From assembly GCA_964016885.1 (NCBI GenBank), contig CAXHJY010001472.1, positions 372,001-436,000 of the forward strand: a DNA stretch of 64,000 bases. Direction: 5' to 3'. How positions within the stretch are numbered: the stretch's first letter is position 1; the number at the start of each line of letters is the position of its first letter. Shown here piece after piece: positions 23,708 to 35,730 of the stretch. This DNA comes from Eledone cirrhosa (lineage: Eukaryota). A program made the position numbers and the translations under genes. The notes beneath the pieces were generated by a model, which had not been told where the DNA came from, did not search any database, and worked only from the letters and a program-made list of their open reading frames with translations.

Positions 23708-25758
23708 TTACGTGTATACATCTGAAAATGTATATATGTATGCAAAGATATAAGTAAACATACATGTATACATATAGATGGACAGTTATGCATATACAAT
23801 AACTTATTTCTATACATACATATACGACAAGTAAGGCATGGTGCTGCCAACTCACCAGACCTCCCTCATCATGGACCAGCTAGATCCCAAAATACAGGCC
23901 TGCTTGCCAACACACAGTCCCAATAAGTGTAAGTTACAGCGCAGCTATCTGGACAGACTTGTCTTAAGACTACACACTATCCCACTACATCTTTTGTATA
24001 CTATATATATACTGTTTATATATATATATACTATATATATATACTGTTTATATATATATATACTATATATATATATACTGTTTATATATATATACACACA
24101 TATAATTGTGTATTCACACATTATCTTAGTAATGAAATAATTAATAATTTTAGTAAATTGTTCAAAATTCTTCATTAACCCTTTTGGTAGAAACCCAGCC
24201 AAAATTAGTTCTCGTACTATGGAAATGGTTCCTATCTAAATTAAAGTCTTACAACAAAATTCTATATAACAACCATATGGTAAGTTACTATGTTAGTAAT
24301 TAACTAACAATTGTGATAAATAGCTCAAAATTATTCATAATTAATTGAATTATAAGGTTCATAATTATAATAAAATCTTCAAATAGGCTACGAAACCGGT
24401 AAACCTGAAAGGTACACAACACACACACATTGCTATAGCGTTTCACCAGCCCCTTCCTTCCTGAATTATTACAGAGATGTGTGTGTATGTAATAATTATT
24501 TGTATAATGTGTGTCTATTTGAATATGTATGAGTAGATGTGTGTGTGTGTATCACAGTAGATGTGTATGTAACACAGTAGATGTGTATATGTAACAGAGT
24601 AGATGTGTGTTTGCATGTAACTCAGTATATGTGTATGTAACTCAGTAGATGTGTGTGTGTAACACGGTAGATGTGTGTGTGTAACACGGTAGATGTGTGT
24701 GTGTAACACGGTAGATGTGTGTATGTAACAGTAGATGTGTATGTATGTAACACAGTAGATGTGTATGTATGTAACACAGTAGATGTGTGTATGTAACACA
24801 GTACATGTGTGTGTATGTAACTCAGTAGATGTGTGTGTATGTAACTCAGTAGATGTGTGTATGTAACACAGTAGATTGTGTGTATGTAACATAGAAGATG
24901 TGTGTAACACAGTAGATGTGTGTGTATGTAACACAGTAGATCTGTGTGTATGTAACTCAGTAGATGTGTGTGTATGTAACACAGGTGTGTGTATGTAACA
25001 CAGTAGATGTGTGTATGTAACATAGTAGATGTGTGTATGTAACACAGAAGATGTGTGTGTATGTAACACAGTAGATGTGTGTGTATGTAACTCAGTAGAT
25101 GTGTGTGTATGTAACACAGTAGATGTGTGTGTAACACAGTAGATGTGTATGTAACGCAGTAGATGTGTGTGTATGTAACCCAGTTGATGTGTGTGTATGT
25201 AACACAGTAGATGTGTGTATGTAACATAGTACATGTGTATGTAACTAAAGTGTAACGTACGTTACAAATGGACGACAAAATGATTTTAACTTGTTTTTTA
25301 ACAATTGATGGTGGAAAAGATTTTAAATTGTCTTAACTCAGACCATAAAGGGCCGCAACACATGGAGTCTGACACTCTTACCGGCTACATAGCCTGGGCG
25401 TCTATTTTACCGCGACCGGCTACATAGCATCTTCCTAAAATCTTCCAACATAATTTTATACAAGAACCACATGTTAAGTTACTAATAAAATAATTAATAA
25501 ATAAAAACATTAGTAAGTCCTTCAAATGATATCTCAGTAATGAAATAATTAATAATTGTTATAAATACCTCAAAATTCCTCATTAATTAAATCCAAGACA
25601 GGTAAAAACTCCAGAGTCTTTCAGTCAGACATGAAACAAATTAATTTCTAATGGAAGAAAAGATTTTAAAATCAGCCAAGGGAGATCACTCTCAGCGAAT
25701 TATTGTAAATCTCGTTCGTGAATTAATCCGGGTTAAATTATTCTGGTGTATTTTGTGT

Positions 25759-25876
25759 GGAGGACACCGGGTTTACGCGGTGATAGCGCGTAATTTAAGA
25801 ATGTATGGTTCGTGAGTTCGAATCCCAGACCGGGCGGTCTTGTTTTGTCTCGCTGAATCGCCCTGAGAACTGCGTA
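25759..25876 (+). mobile_element. Degenerate, internally deleted tRNA-derived SINE fragment
   Basis: Starts ggagg; B box GAGTTCGAATCCC followed by agaccggg, as in the 18646 SINE head. Confidence 0.55.
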
Positions 25877-25879
25877 TAT

Positions 25880-26400
25880 ACTAGTGACTATCAGACATGG
25901 GGAGTCTAGGACTACATTATCTAATGTACAGTACAGTAGTTAATATTGGTGGCTATCAGACGTAGTGTATCTAGGACTACATTATCTAGTGTACAGTATA
26001 GTAGTTAGTATTAGTAGCTATCACACATAGTGTATCTAGGACTACATTATCTAATGTACAGTAGTTAGTATTAGTAGCTATCAGACATAGTGTATCTAAG
26101 ACTACATTATCTAATATACGTACAGTAGTTAGTATTAGTGACTATCAGACATAGTGTATCTAGGACTACATTATCTACAGTACAGTATAGTAGTTAGTAT
26201 TGGTGGCTCTCAGACATAGTGTATCTAGGACTACATTATCTAATCTACAGTACAGTAGTTTGTATTAGTGGCTGTGTGCCATAGTGGTGTATCTAGGACT
26301 ACATTATCTAATGTACAGTAGTTAGTATTATTGGCTATCAGATACAGTGTATCAAGGACTACATTAGCTAATGTACAGTATAGTATTTACTATTAGTGGT
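25880..26400. repeat. Minisatellite, ~58-63 bp unit (ctatcagacatagtgtatctaggactacattatctaatgtacagtacagtagttagtattagtgg), about 8 copies
   Basis: Directly visible tandem array. Confidence 0.93.
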
Positions 26401-26788
26401 AATGTTGTTATATATATTTTCATGTATATAATTACTGTATCGTTGAAAGGTTCACATAATTATATTATATTATTTACACACATTAATAAAGACATTAAGT
26501 AAATCTTTGTTAACTTACCTCCTTCAAATATAATCAATGTGTTGTGTTGTTAGTTGTTACTAAACAACCAAAGAAATAATCTCTTTGTTATCAAATTAGA
26601 AGTTTCAAAGATGTTATCAGCTTTATTTCACGACATTAACGTTCGTGTATCTTCTTCATCTTTAGTCATAAATTGATATCTTGTCAGAATGAAGTAGTGA
26701 GGCTGACTTTATGTCTAGCTACAGATTTGATAGGAAATATATATATATTAGGTTGATATGTGGTCTAAAGTATATATATTGTCTATAA

Positions 26789-27132
26789 ATGACTGATAGC
26801 AGATGTTCTGGTGAAATAGTAGTTTTACTACCACAGACTGTAATGGAACTCCTAGTAGACACAATTGTAAAGCAAAAATAGATATGACACCGAGTACCCG
26901 CCGTCTTCATTATAACTTTAATTAATCTAATGTCTATCTTCATTATAACTTTAATTAATCTAATTATATCTCTTGTGTAACAATTATATATATATATAGA
27001 CACAATTTTCTTTTGCCGACATCAGTCTTACACTGTCATCCATTCCTACTTTACAATTGTGTCCACCAAGAGTTCCATTACAATCTGTAGCAGTAAAACC
27101 ACTATTTCACCAGAACATCTGCTATCAGTTAT
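26789..27132. mobile_element. MITE-like element with ~83-bp terminal inverted repeats
   Basis: ctgatagcagatgttctggtgaaatagt...acacaattgtaaag versus ctttacaattgtgt...actatttcaccagaacatctgctatcag; TA-rich flanks, no credible ORF. Confidence 0.75.
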
Positions 27133-27282
27133 ATATGTATATACATATATATATGTATATAAAAGCTAAACAGAAATAACAACACAATCGGTACAGTATA
27201 TCGGTACACTTGATATAGCAGGAAGAGGGTCTTTGGACGCTAGTCCTTCATCAGAAGAAAGAATGAGAAATATATATATATT

Positions 27283-28004
27283 AAAGTTTAGAACCCCAAT
27301 GTCGATTTATTTCATTTTATTTTTAATTTAATTTAATTTAATTTTGAAAGTAGGTTTATAAATATTAATTTTCAGTAAATCTTTGTAGCTTAATGGGATG
27401 TACCAGAGATGGTGAGATCCTGGTCTCAGTGTTCAATTGTGGTCTCTGCATTGAATCGAGGATTAAGGTTCAATCCTGGCCGTTGAGATACACATAAGGA
27501 ATAATATTAATCTTTTTTAATTTTCCTTCTATATCTTTTTGAAAAAGAGAACCCCTACTTATTTAATTATATTTAATTTAATTTTTTATTTTAGTTAAAT
27601 TGTTGAAACTACGGCCAATCTAAAGGTTGAGGAGATAATATAATGTTTATTTCATCTGTCTCCTCCAAATTTAGATTGCCAGTGGTTTCGACAATTTCAC
27701 TAAAATAAAAATAAAATTAAATTAAATTAATTAAATTATATTAGATAAATAGACATTGGGGTTCTCACCAAAGATTTTCAGTTTTTTCTAAGAGATGTAA
27801 AAAGGAAACATTAGACATGTGTCCAAGCAAGGATTGAACCCATGTCCTGGATTGAACCTACAGACAAGGATCTCACCATCTCTGGTACTTCCCACTAAGC
27901 CACCAAGACTGCTACAATTAATTTAATTTAAAAATGAAATAAAATAAATAGACATTGGGGTTCTCACAAAACTTTTTCAGTTTTTTTTCTAAGAAATGTC
28001 AAAG

Positions 28005-28007
<3 letters not shown>
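27283..28007. mobile_element. Complete ~725-bp foldback (long inverted repeat) element in (TA)n; deleted copies at 28915-29075 and 29143-29790
   Basis: Left end aaagtttagaaccccaatgtc mirrors gacattggggttctcacaaaacttt; arms ~330 bp around a central gaggaga...tctcctc hairpin. Confidence 0.82.
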
Positions 28008-28042
<35 letters not shown>

Positions 28043-28111
28043 TATGAAGAGAAAAGAAACATTTAGATATAATTAGTAATAAAATGTATCATACCTAAAC
28101 TGCTCCTAAAT

Positions 28112-28201
28112 TCGTCGACTACGTAGTTTCGTGGCATAAACAAAAACAATATATCATAAAGATATAGAGTCCCTGCGAGGTCTACCGACTTATCAAGAGG
28201 A
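28112..28201 (-). ncRNA. Type I hammerhead ribozyme motif (U3-A8 variant), catalytic core intact
   Basis: Minus strand UCCUC-UUGAUAA-G...C-GAA-ACUACGUAGU-C^GACGA: GUC cleavage triplet, self-complementary helix III, one C.C mismatch in helix I, long loop II. Confidence 0.68.
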
Positions 28202-28706
28202 TACCTCATTTTACTAGTCTCAAGAACGCGTCTACACGACGTGAGAAAGAATCCCAAAAGGCGGAGGGGGAGATAGTCACGCGATATAACGGTCGAGAAA
28301 CAGAGCTAAGCCTCTTATAACCTCGAAGAAAATACCACGGAGGCGGAGGGGGTATTTATATCGAGGCCGCAGAAGAGGTGGTGAAGAAGGCGAGAAGTAT
28401 GGGTAATGGAAGCCTTCCAGCTGTCCCCACACTTCAAAGATTGCTCGACCAGAGGGAGTTATTAACAATATATTTAGAAACACACAGATACATGCGGACA
28501 CACACATATATACATGAATGCATCCGCACCCAACTGCGAGTTAAGGGTGCCAACTTCACCGATGTTGCTCAATGAATGACTGGGACAGACCAATTCAGTT
28601 GAACTAGACTGAACCAGTATCAGAGTTAGAAATACATTATGAAGAGAGAAGAAACATTTAGATATAATTAGTAATAAAATGTATCATACCTAAACTGCTC
28701 CTAAAT

Positions 28707-28796
28707 TCCTCGACTACGTAGTTTTGTGGCATAAACAAAAACAATATATCATAAAGATATAGAGTCCCTGCGAGGTCTGCCGACTTATCAAGAGGA
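28707..28796 (-). ncRNA. Type I hammerhead ribozyme motif (U3-A8 variant) with G12>A, probably inactive
   Basis: Minus strand UCCUC-UUGAUAA-G...C-AAA-ACUACGUAGU-C^GAGGA: perfect 5-bp helix I, but CG>CA at G12. Confidence 0.62.
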
Positions 28797-29078
28797 TACC
28801 TCATTTTACTAGTCTCAAGAACGCGTCTACACGACGTGAGAAAGAATCCCAAAAGGCGGAGGGGGAGATAGTCACGCGATATAACGGTCGAGAAATATAT
28901 ATATATATATATATTAAAGTTTAGAACTCCAATGTCGATTTATTTCATTTTATTTTTAATTTTATTTTATTTTATTTTATTTAATTAATTTTATTTAAAA
29001 ATAAAATAAAATAAATATACATTGGGGATCTCACAAAACTTTTTCAATTTTTTTTTCTAAGAAATGTCAAAGGAATAT

Positions 29079-29128
29079 CATGCTAGCGTGGAAGAACGGA
29101 CGTAAAACGGTGATGATGATGATGATGA
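29079..29128 (+). mobile_element. Very short RTE/SINE 3'-tail insertion
   Basis: catgctagcgtggaagaacggacgtaaaacggt(GAT)n matches the RTE tail; it sits in the TA run after a foldback end. Confidence 0.7.
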
Positions 29129-29790
29129 TATATATATATATGAAAGTTTAGAACCCCAATGTCTCTTTATTTCATTTTATTTTTAATTTAATTTAATTTA
29201 ATTAATTGAATTTTGAAAGTAGGTTTATAAATATTAATTTTCAGTAAATCTTTGTGTCAGTCTCGGTAGCTTAGTGTGAAGTACCAGAGATGGTGAGATC
29301 CTGTTCAGTCCTGGTCTGAGGGTTGAATTGAGGACTGAGGTTCAATCCTGGTCCATGAGATACATGTAAGGTGTAATGTTAATCTTTTTTTAATTTTCTT
29401 TCTATATCTCTTTGAAAAAGAGAACCCCTATTTATTTAATTATATTTAATTTCATTTTTTATTTTAGTTAAATTGTCGAAAACATTGAAGATCTAAAGGT
29501 CGAGGAGACAATATGTCTATTTTATCTGTCTCCTCTAACTTTAGATCACCAGTGGTTTCGACAATTTAACTAAATTAAATTAAATTAAATTAATTAAATT
29601 ATATTAGATAAATAGACATTGGGGTTCTCACCAAAGATTTTCAGTTTTTTCTAAGAGATGTAAAAGGAAAATTAAAAATGAAAGTAGGTTTATAAAAATT
29701 AATTTTCAGTAAGTCTTTGTGTCAGTCTCGGTAGCTTAGTGGGAAGTACCAGAGATGGTGAGAACCTTGTCTGTAAGTTTAATCCAGGAC

Positions 29791-32700
29791 TTTAGCTGAG
29801 ATTTGGCTTAGATTTAGTGTTGATTTAGCTTAGCTTTAGCTTAGATTTAGCCTACATTTAGCTTAGATATAGCTTTTATTTAGCTTAGATTTAACTTAGA
29901 TTTAGCTTAGATTTAGCTGAGATTTGGTTTAGAATTAGCTTAGATTAAGCTTAGATTTAGGTTAGATTTAGGTTAGATTTAGGTGAGATTTAGCTGAGAT
30001 TTAGCTTAGATTCAGCTTAGGTTTAGCCTAGATTTAAATTAGATTTGGGCGAGATTTAGCTTAGATTTAACTTAGATTTATGTGTGATTTAGCTTAGATT
30101 TAGTTTAGATTTAGCTTAGATTTGGCTTAGATTTAACTCAGATTTAACTTAGATTTAGCTGAGATTTAACTTAGATTTAGGTTAGATTTAGCTGAGGGCT
30201 AGCTAAGATTTAGCTTAGATTTAACTGAGATTTGGCTTAGATTTAGGTGAGATTCAGCTTAGATTTAGCTGAGATTTAGCTTGGATTTAGGTTAGATTTA
30301 GCTGAGGGTTAGCTAAGATTTAGCTGAGATTTAGCTTAGATATTAGCTTATATTTATATCAGATTTAGCTTAGATTTAGCTGAGATTTGGCTTAGATTTA
30401 GGTGAGATTCAGCTTAGATTTAGCTGAGATTTAGCTTACGTTTAGTCTAGATTTAGCTGAGATTTGGCTTAGATTTAGGTGAGATTCAGCTGAGATTTAG
30501 CTTAGATTTAGCTTACATTTAGTCTAGATTTGGGCAAGATTTACCTTAGATTTGGCTTCGATTTAGCTTAGATTTAGCCTACATTTAGCTTAGATATAGC
30601 TTTTATTTAGCTTAGAGTGAGATTTAGCTTAGATTTAGCTCAGATTTAGATTAGATATACCTCAGATTTAGCTTAGATTTAGCTTACATTTAGGTTAGAA
30701 TTAGCTTAGATTTAGCTTAGATTAAGCTTAAAATTAGCTAAGATTTAGGTTAGATTTAGCTTAGATTTAGGTGAGATTTAGCTTAGATTTAGCTGAGATT
30801 CGGCTTAGATTTCGCTTAGATTTAGCTTTGATTTAGCTTAGATTTAGCTTAGATTTAGGTGAGATTTAGCTTAGATTTAGCTTAGATTAAGCTTAGATTT
30901 TGCTAAGATTTAGCTAGATTTAACTGAGATTTAGGTGAGATTTAGCTTAGTTTTAGCTTAGGTTTAGCCTAGAATTAACTTAAATTTATGTGAGATTTAT
31001 CTTAGATTAAGCTAATATTTAGGTTAGATTTAGGTTAGATTTAGCTTGTATTTAACTTTGATTTAGCTTAGATATAGGTGAGATTTAGCTTAGATTTAGC
31101 TAAGATTTAGCTTAGATTTAGCTTAGATTTAGCCTAGATTTAGCTTATATTAACTTAGATTAAGGTAAGATTTAGCTTAGATTTAGGTGAGATTTAGCTT
31201 AGATTTAGGCGAGATTTAGCTTAGATTTATGTTAGATTTAGTTTATATTTAGCTTAGATTTAGCTAATATTTAGCTGAGGTTTTGTTTAGATGTAGATCA
31301 GATTTAGCTTAGATTTAGCTAATATTTAGTTTAGATTTAGCTTAGATTTAGCCGAGATTTAACTTAGATTTACATCAGAATTAGCTTAGATTTAGCTTAG
31401 ATTTAGGTGAGATTTAGCTTAAATTTAGCTTAGATTTACCTTCGATTTAGCTGAGATTTAGTGTTGATTTAGCTTAGCGTTACCCTAGATTTAGCTTAGA
31501 TGTAGCTTTTATTTAGCTGAGATTTAGGTGAGATTAGGTTTAGATTTATCTTAGATTTAGCTTAGAATTAGCTTTCATTTAGCTTAGATTTAGGTGAGAT
31601 TTCGCTTAGATTTAAATGAGACTTAGCTTAGATTTAAATGAGACTTAGCTTAGATTTAGCTGAGATTCAGCTTAGTTTTAGCTTAGATTTATGTGAAATT
31701 TAGCTTAGATTTAGCTTAGAATTAGCTTTGATTTAGCTTAGATTAAGCTTAGGTTTAGCCTAGAATTAACTGAAATTTATGTGAAATTTATCTTAGATTA
31801 AGCTAATATTTAGGTTAGATTTAGCTTATATTAACTTAGATTTAGCTTAGATATAGGTGAGATTTACCTTAGATTTAGCTAAGATTTAGCTTAGATTTAG
31901 CTTAGAATTACCTGAGTTTCGGCTTAGATTTAGCGTAGCTTTAGCTTCGATTTAGCCTAGATTTAGCTTAGATTAACTTAGATTTAGGTAAGATTTAGGT
32001 TAGATTTACCTTAGATTTGGGTTAGATTTAGCTTATATTTAGCTTAGATTTAGGTGGGGATGTAGCTTAGATTTATCTTTTATTTAGCTTAGATTTAGCT
32101 AATATTTAGCTGAGATTTAGTTTAGATGTAGATCAGATTTAGCCTAGATTTAGCTTAAATTGATCTAATATTTAGGTTAGATTTAGCTTAGATTTAATTT
32201 AGATTTAGCTAAGATTTGGCTTAGATTTAGCTGAGATTTGGCCTAGATTTACTTAAGATTTAGGTTAGATTATGCTTAAATTAAGCTTAGATTCAGCTTA
32301 GACTTAGGTTAGATTTAGGTGAGATTTAGCTTAGATTTAGCTTAGAATTAGCTTTGATTTAGCTTAGATTTGGCTAAGATTTAGTTTAGATTTAGCTTAG
32401 ATTTAGCCGAGATTTAACTTAGATTTACATCAGATTTAGCTTAGATGTAGCTTAGATTTAGGTGAGATTTAGCTTAGATTTAGCTGAGATTTAGTGTTGA
32501 TTTAGCTTAGATTTAACTAAGATTTAGCTTAGATATAGCTTTTATTTAGCTTAGATTTAGGTGAGATTAACTTAGATTTAGCTAAGATTTAGCTTAGATT
32601 TAACTAAGATTTAGCTTACATTTAGGTTAGAATTAGGTCAGATTTAGCTTAGATTTAGTTTAGATTAAGCTTAGATTTAGCTTAGGTTAAGCTTAGGTTT

Positions 32701-33977
32701 TACCTAGATTTAACTTAGATTTATGTGTGATTTAGCTTAGATTTAGCTTAGATTTAGCTGAGATTTAAATTAGGATTTAGTTTAGATTTAGCTTACATTT
32801 ACATAAGATATAGCTTAGATTTAGCTTCGATTTAGCTTAGATTTACCTTAGATTTAGCTGAGATTTGGCTTAGATTTAGCCTACATTTAGCTTAGATATA
32901 GCTTTTATTTAGCTTAGAGTGAGATTTAGCTTAGATTTAACTTAGATTTACCTCAGATTTAACTTAGATTTACCTCCGATTTAGCTGAGATTTGGTTTAG
33001 ATTTAACTTAGGTTTAGGTTAGAATTTGATTTAGCTTAGATTAAGCTTAGATTTAGCTAAGATTTAGGTTAGATTTAGCTTAGATTTAGGTGAGATTTAG
33101 CTTAGATTTAGCTGAGATTTGGCTTAGATTTAGCGTTGATTTAGCTTAGATCTAGCTGAGATTTAGCCTACATTTAGCTTAGATATAGCTTTTATTTAGC
33201 TTAGAGTGAGATTTAGCTTAGATTTAACTTAGATTTACCTCAGATTTAACTTAGATTTACCTCAGATTTAGCTTAGATTTAGCTGAGATTTGGTTTAGAT
33301 TTAGCGTAGATTTAGATTAGAATTAGCTTAGATTTAGCTTAGATTAAGCTTAGATTTAGCGTAGATTTAGGTGAGATTTAGCTTAGATTTATGTGAGATT
33401 TAGCTTAGATTTAGCTTAGAATTAGCTTAGATTTGGCTTAGATTTAGTTTAGATTTAGCTTAGATTTAGCTGAGATTTAACTTAGATTTACATCAGATTT
33501 AGCTTAGATTTAGCTGAGATTTGGCTTAGATTTAGATGAGATTTAGGTTAGATTTAGCCTATATTTAAATTAGATTTGGGCGAGATTTACCATACATTTA
33601 GCTCATATTTAGGTTAGATTTAGGTTAGATTTAGCTGAGATTTGACTTAGATTTAGTGTTGATTTAGCTTAGCTGTAGCTTAGATTTACCCTAGATTTAG
33701 CTTAGATTTAGCTAAGATATAGCTTTTATTTAGCTTAGATTTAGCTAAGATTTAGCTTAGATTTAACTAAAATTTACCTCAGATTTAGCTGAGATTAGGT
33801 TCAGATTTAGCTTAGATTTAGATTAGAATTAGCTTCGATTTAGCTAAGATTAGGTTAGATTTAGCTTAGATGTAGGTGAGATTTAGCTTAGATTTAGCTT
33901 CGATTTGGCTTAGATTTAGCTTTGATTTAGCCTAGATTTAGCTTAGATTAACTTAGATTTAGGTTAGATTTAGCTTT
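29791..33977. repeat. ~4.2-kb satellite of 11-bp unit TTAGATTTAGC (variants TTAGG, TTAAC, TGAGA)
   Basis: Directly visible degenerate tandem array. Confidence 0.97.
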
Positions 33978-34067
33978 GTATCTATCTAATTACTTGTCAG
34001 TTAAAAGCTAGCCTTTATTTTCACATATTAGAGAAAGCCACAATGCTGAATTACATGACCTTATAGG

Positions 34068-34760
34068 AGCGAGAGAGAGAGAGGGAGGGAGAGAGAGAGA
34101 GAGAGAAGGGGAAGGAGAGAGAGAGACTAAAAGAGAAAGAGCCAGAGAGATAGATGTAGGAGAGAGAGAGACTAAAATAGAAAGAACCAGAGAGATAGAT
34201 GTAGGGAAGAGAGAGAGAGTCAGAGAGAGACTAAAAGAGAAAGAGCCAGAGAGATAGATGTAGGAGAGAGAGAGACTAAAAGAGAAAGAGCCAGAGAGAT
34301 AGATGTAGGAGAGAGAAGAGGGAGGGAGAGAGAGAGAGCCAGAGAGAGATTAAAAGAGAAAGAGCCAGAGAGATAGATGTAGGAGAGAGAAGGAGAGAGA
34401 GAGAGACTAAAAAAGAGCCAGAGAGATAGATGTAGGAGAGAGAGGGAGGGAGAGAAGGAGATAGATGTAGGAGAGAGAGAGAGAGGGACTAAAAGAGAAA
34501 GAGCCAGAGAGATAGATGTAGGAGAGAGAAGAGAGAGAGAGAGGGAGAGAGAGAGAGAGCCAGAGAGAGACTAAAAGAGAAAGAGCCAGAGAGATAGATG
34601 TAGGAGAGAGAAGGAGAGAGAGAGACTAAAAAAGAGCCAGAGAGATAGATGTAGGAGAGAGAGGGAGGGAGAGAAGGAGATAGATGTAGGAGAGAGAGAG
34701 AGGGACTAAAAGAGAAAGAGCCAGAGAGATAGATGTAGGAGAGAGAAGAGAGAGAGAGAG
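34068..34760. repeat. Polypurine (GA)n-based minisatellite (gactaaaagagaaagagccagagagatagatgtagga)
   Basis: Directly visible. Confidence 0.93.
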
Positions 34761-35381
34761 CGGTGGGGAGCGGGGATGGGGTTATGTTAGCCATCCGCGG
34801 CCGAAACAAAGAGGAGGAACCCTTGCATTCTCGTCCATGAGGTGGATTTGTCTTTATGTATGTATATATATATATATATGTATGTATGTGTGTGTATGTA
34901 TGTATATGTATATATGAGTGTATATGTATATGTATGTATATGTATGTGTATGTATGTGTATATGTATATGTGTGTGTATGTATATATGTGTGTATGTATA
35001 TATGTGTGTGTATGTATATATATATATATATATGTATGTGTATGTATATGTATATGTATGTATATGTATGTATGTGTATATGTATATATGTATGTATATG
35101 TGTGTATGTATGTATATATATATGTATATATGTATGTATGTATATGTATATATATGTATGTATATGTATATATGTATGTATGTATATGTATATATGTATG
35201 TATGTATATGTATATATACGTGTGTATATGTATATATACTTATGTGTATATGCTTATGTATGTGTATGTATGTATATGTATATATATGTATGTATATGTG
35301 TATGTATGTATGTATGTATGTGTATATATGTATGTATGTATATATATATGTATGTATATGTATGTGTATGTATATGTATAT

Positions 35382-35730
35382 GGAGGCACATGGCTTAGTG
35401 GTTAGAGCATTGGACTGGCAATCGAAAGGTTGTGAGTTCAATTCTCAGACCGGGTGATGTGTTGTTTCCTTGAGCAAGACACTTTATTTCACATTGCTCC
35501 AGTTTACTCAGCTGTAGAAATGAGATGATAGGGACTGGGGTCCATATCATTCCACTGCAAAGTGGTCGTGGAGGTGCCACGGCAAAAAAGCACCCAGCAC
35601 TCACTGTAAATGAGGTTGGTGTTAGGAAGGGCATCCAGCTGTAGAAATCAAGCCAGAATCAGTTCCCGTCCCACCCTTGCAAGCAGAGAAAAAGCGGACT
35701 TAAAACGAAATGATGATGATGATGATGATG
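35382..35730 (+). mobile_element. tRNA-derived RTE-tailed SINE, copy 2
   Basis: Homologous to 18646-18996. Confidence 0.9.

Larger units (their letters stand above)
28037..28895 (-). mobile_element. Non-coding retrozyme-like or non-autonomous Penelope-like element: two 264-bp direct repeats (28037-28300, 28632-28895) each with a hammerhead motif
   Basis: Direct repeats offset by 595 bp, (TA)n on both sides, no credible ORF, hammerhead core at the same position in both repeats. Confidence 0.7.

Noticed and set aside
26600-26670. Minus-strand TGAAGA...cacga/tcgtg-AAA as another hammerhead
   Set aside because: Core spacing is wrong and helices I and III cannot be formed.
29791-33977. True telomere or interstitial (TTAGGG)n
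   Set aside because: The unit is an 11-mer without GGG runs and is flanked by non-telomeric DNA on both sides.
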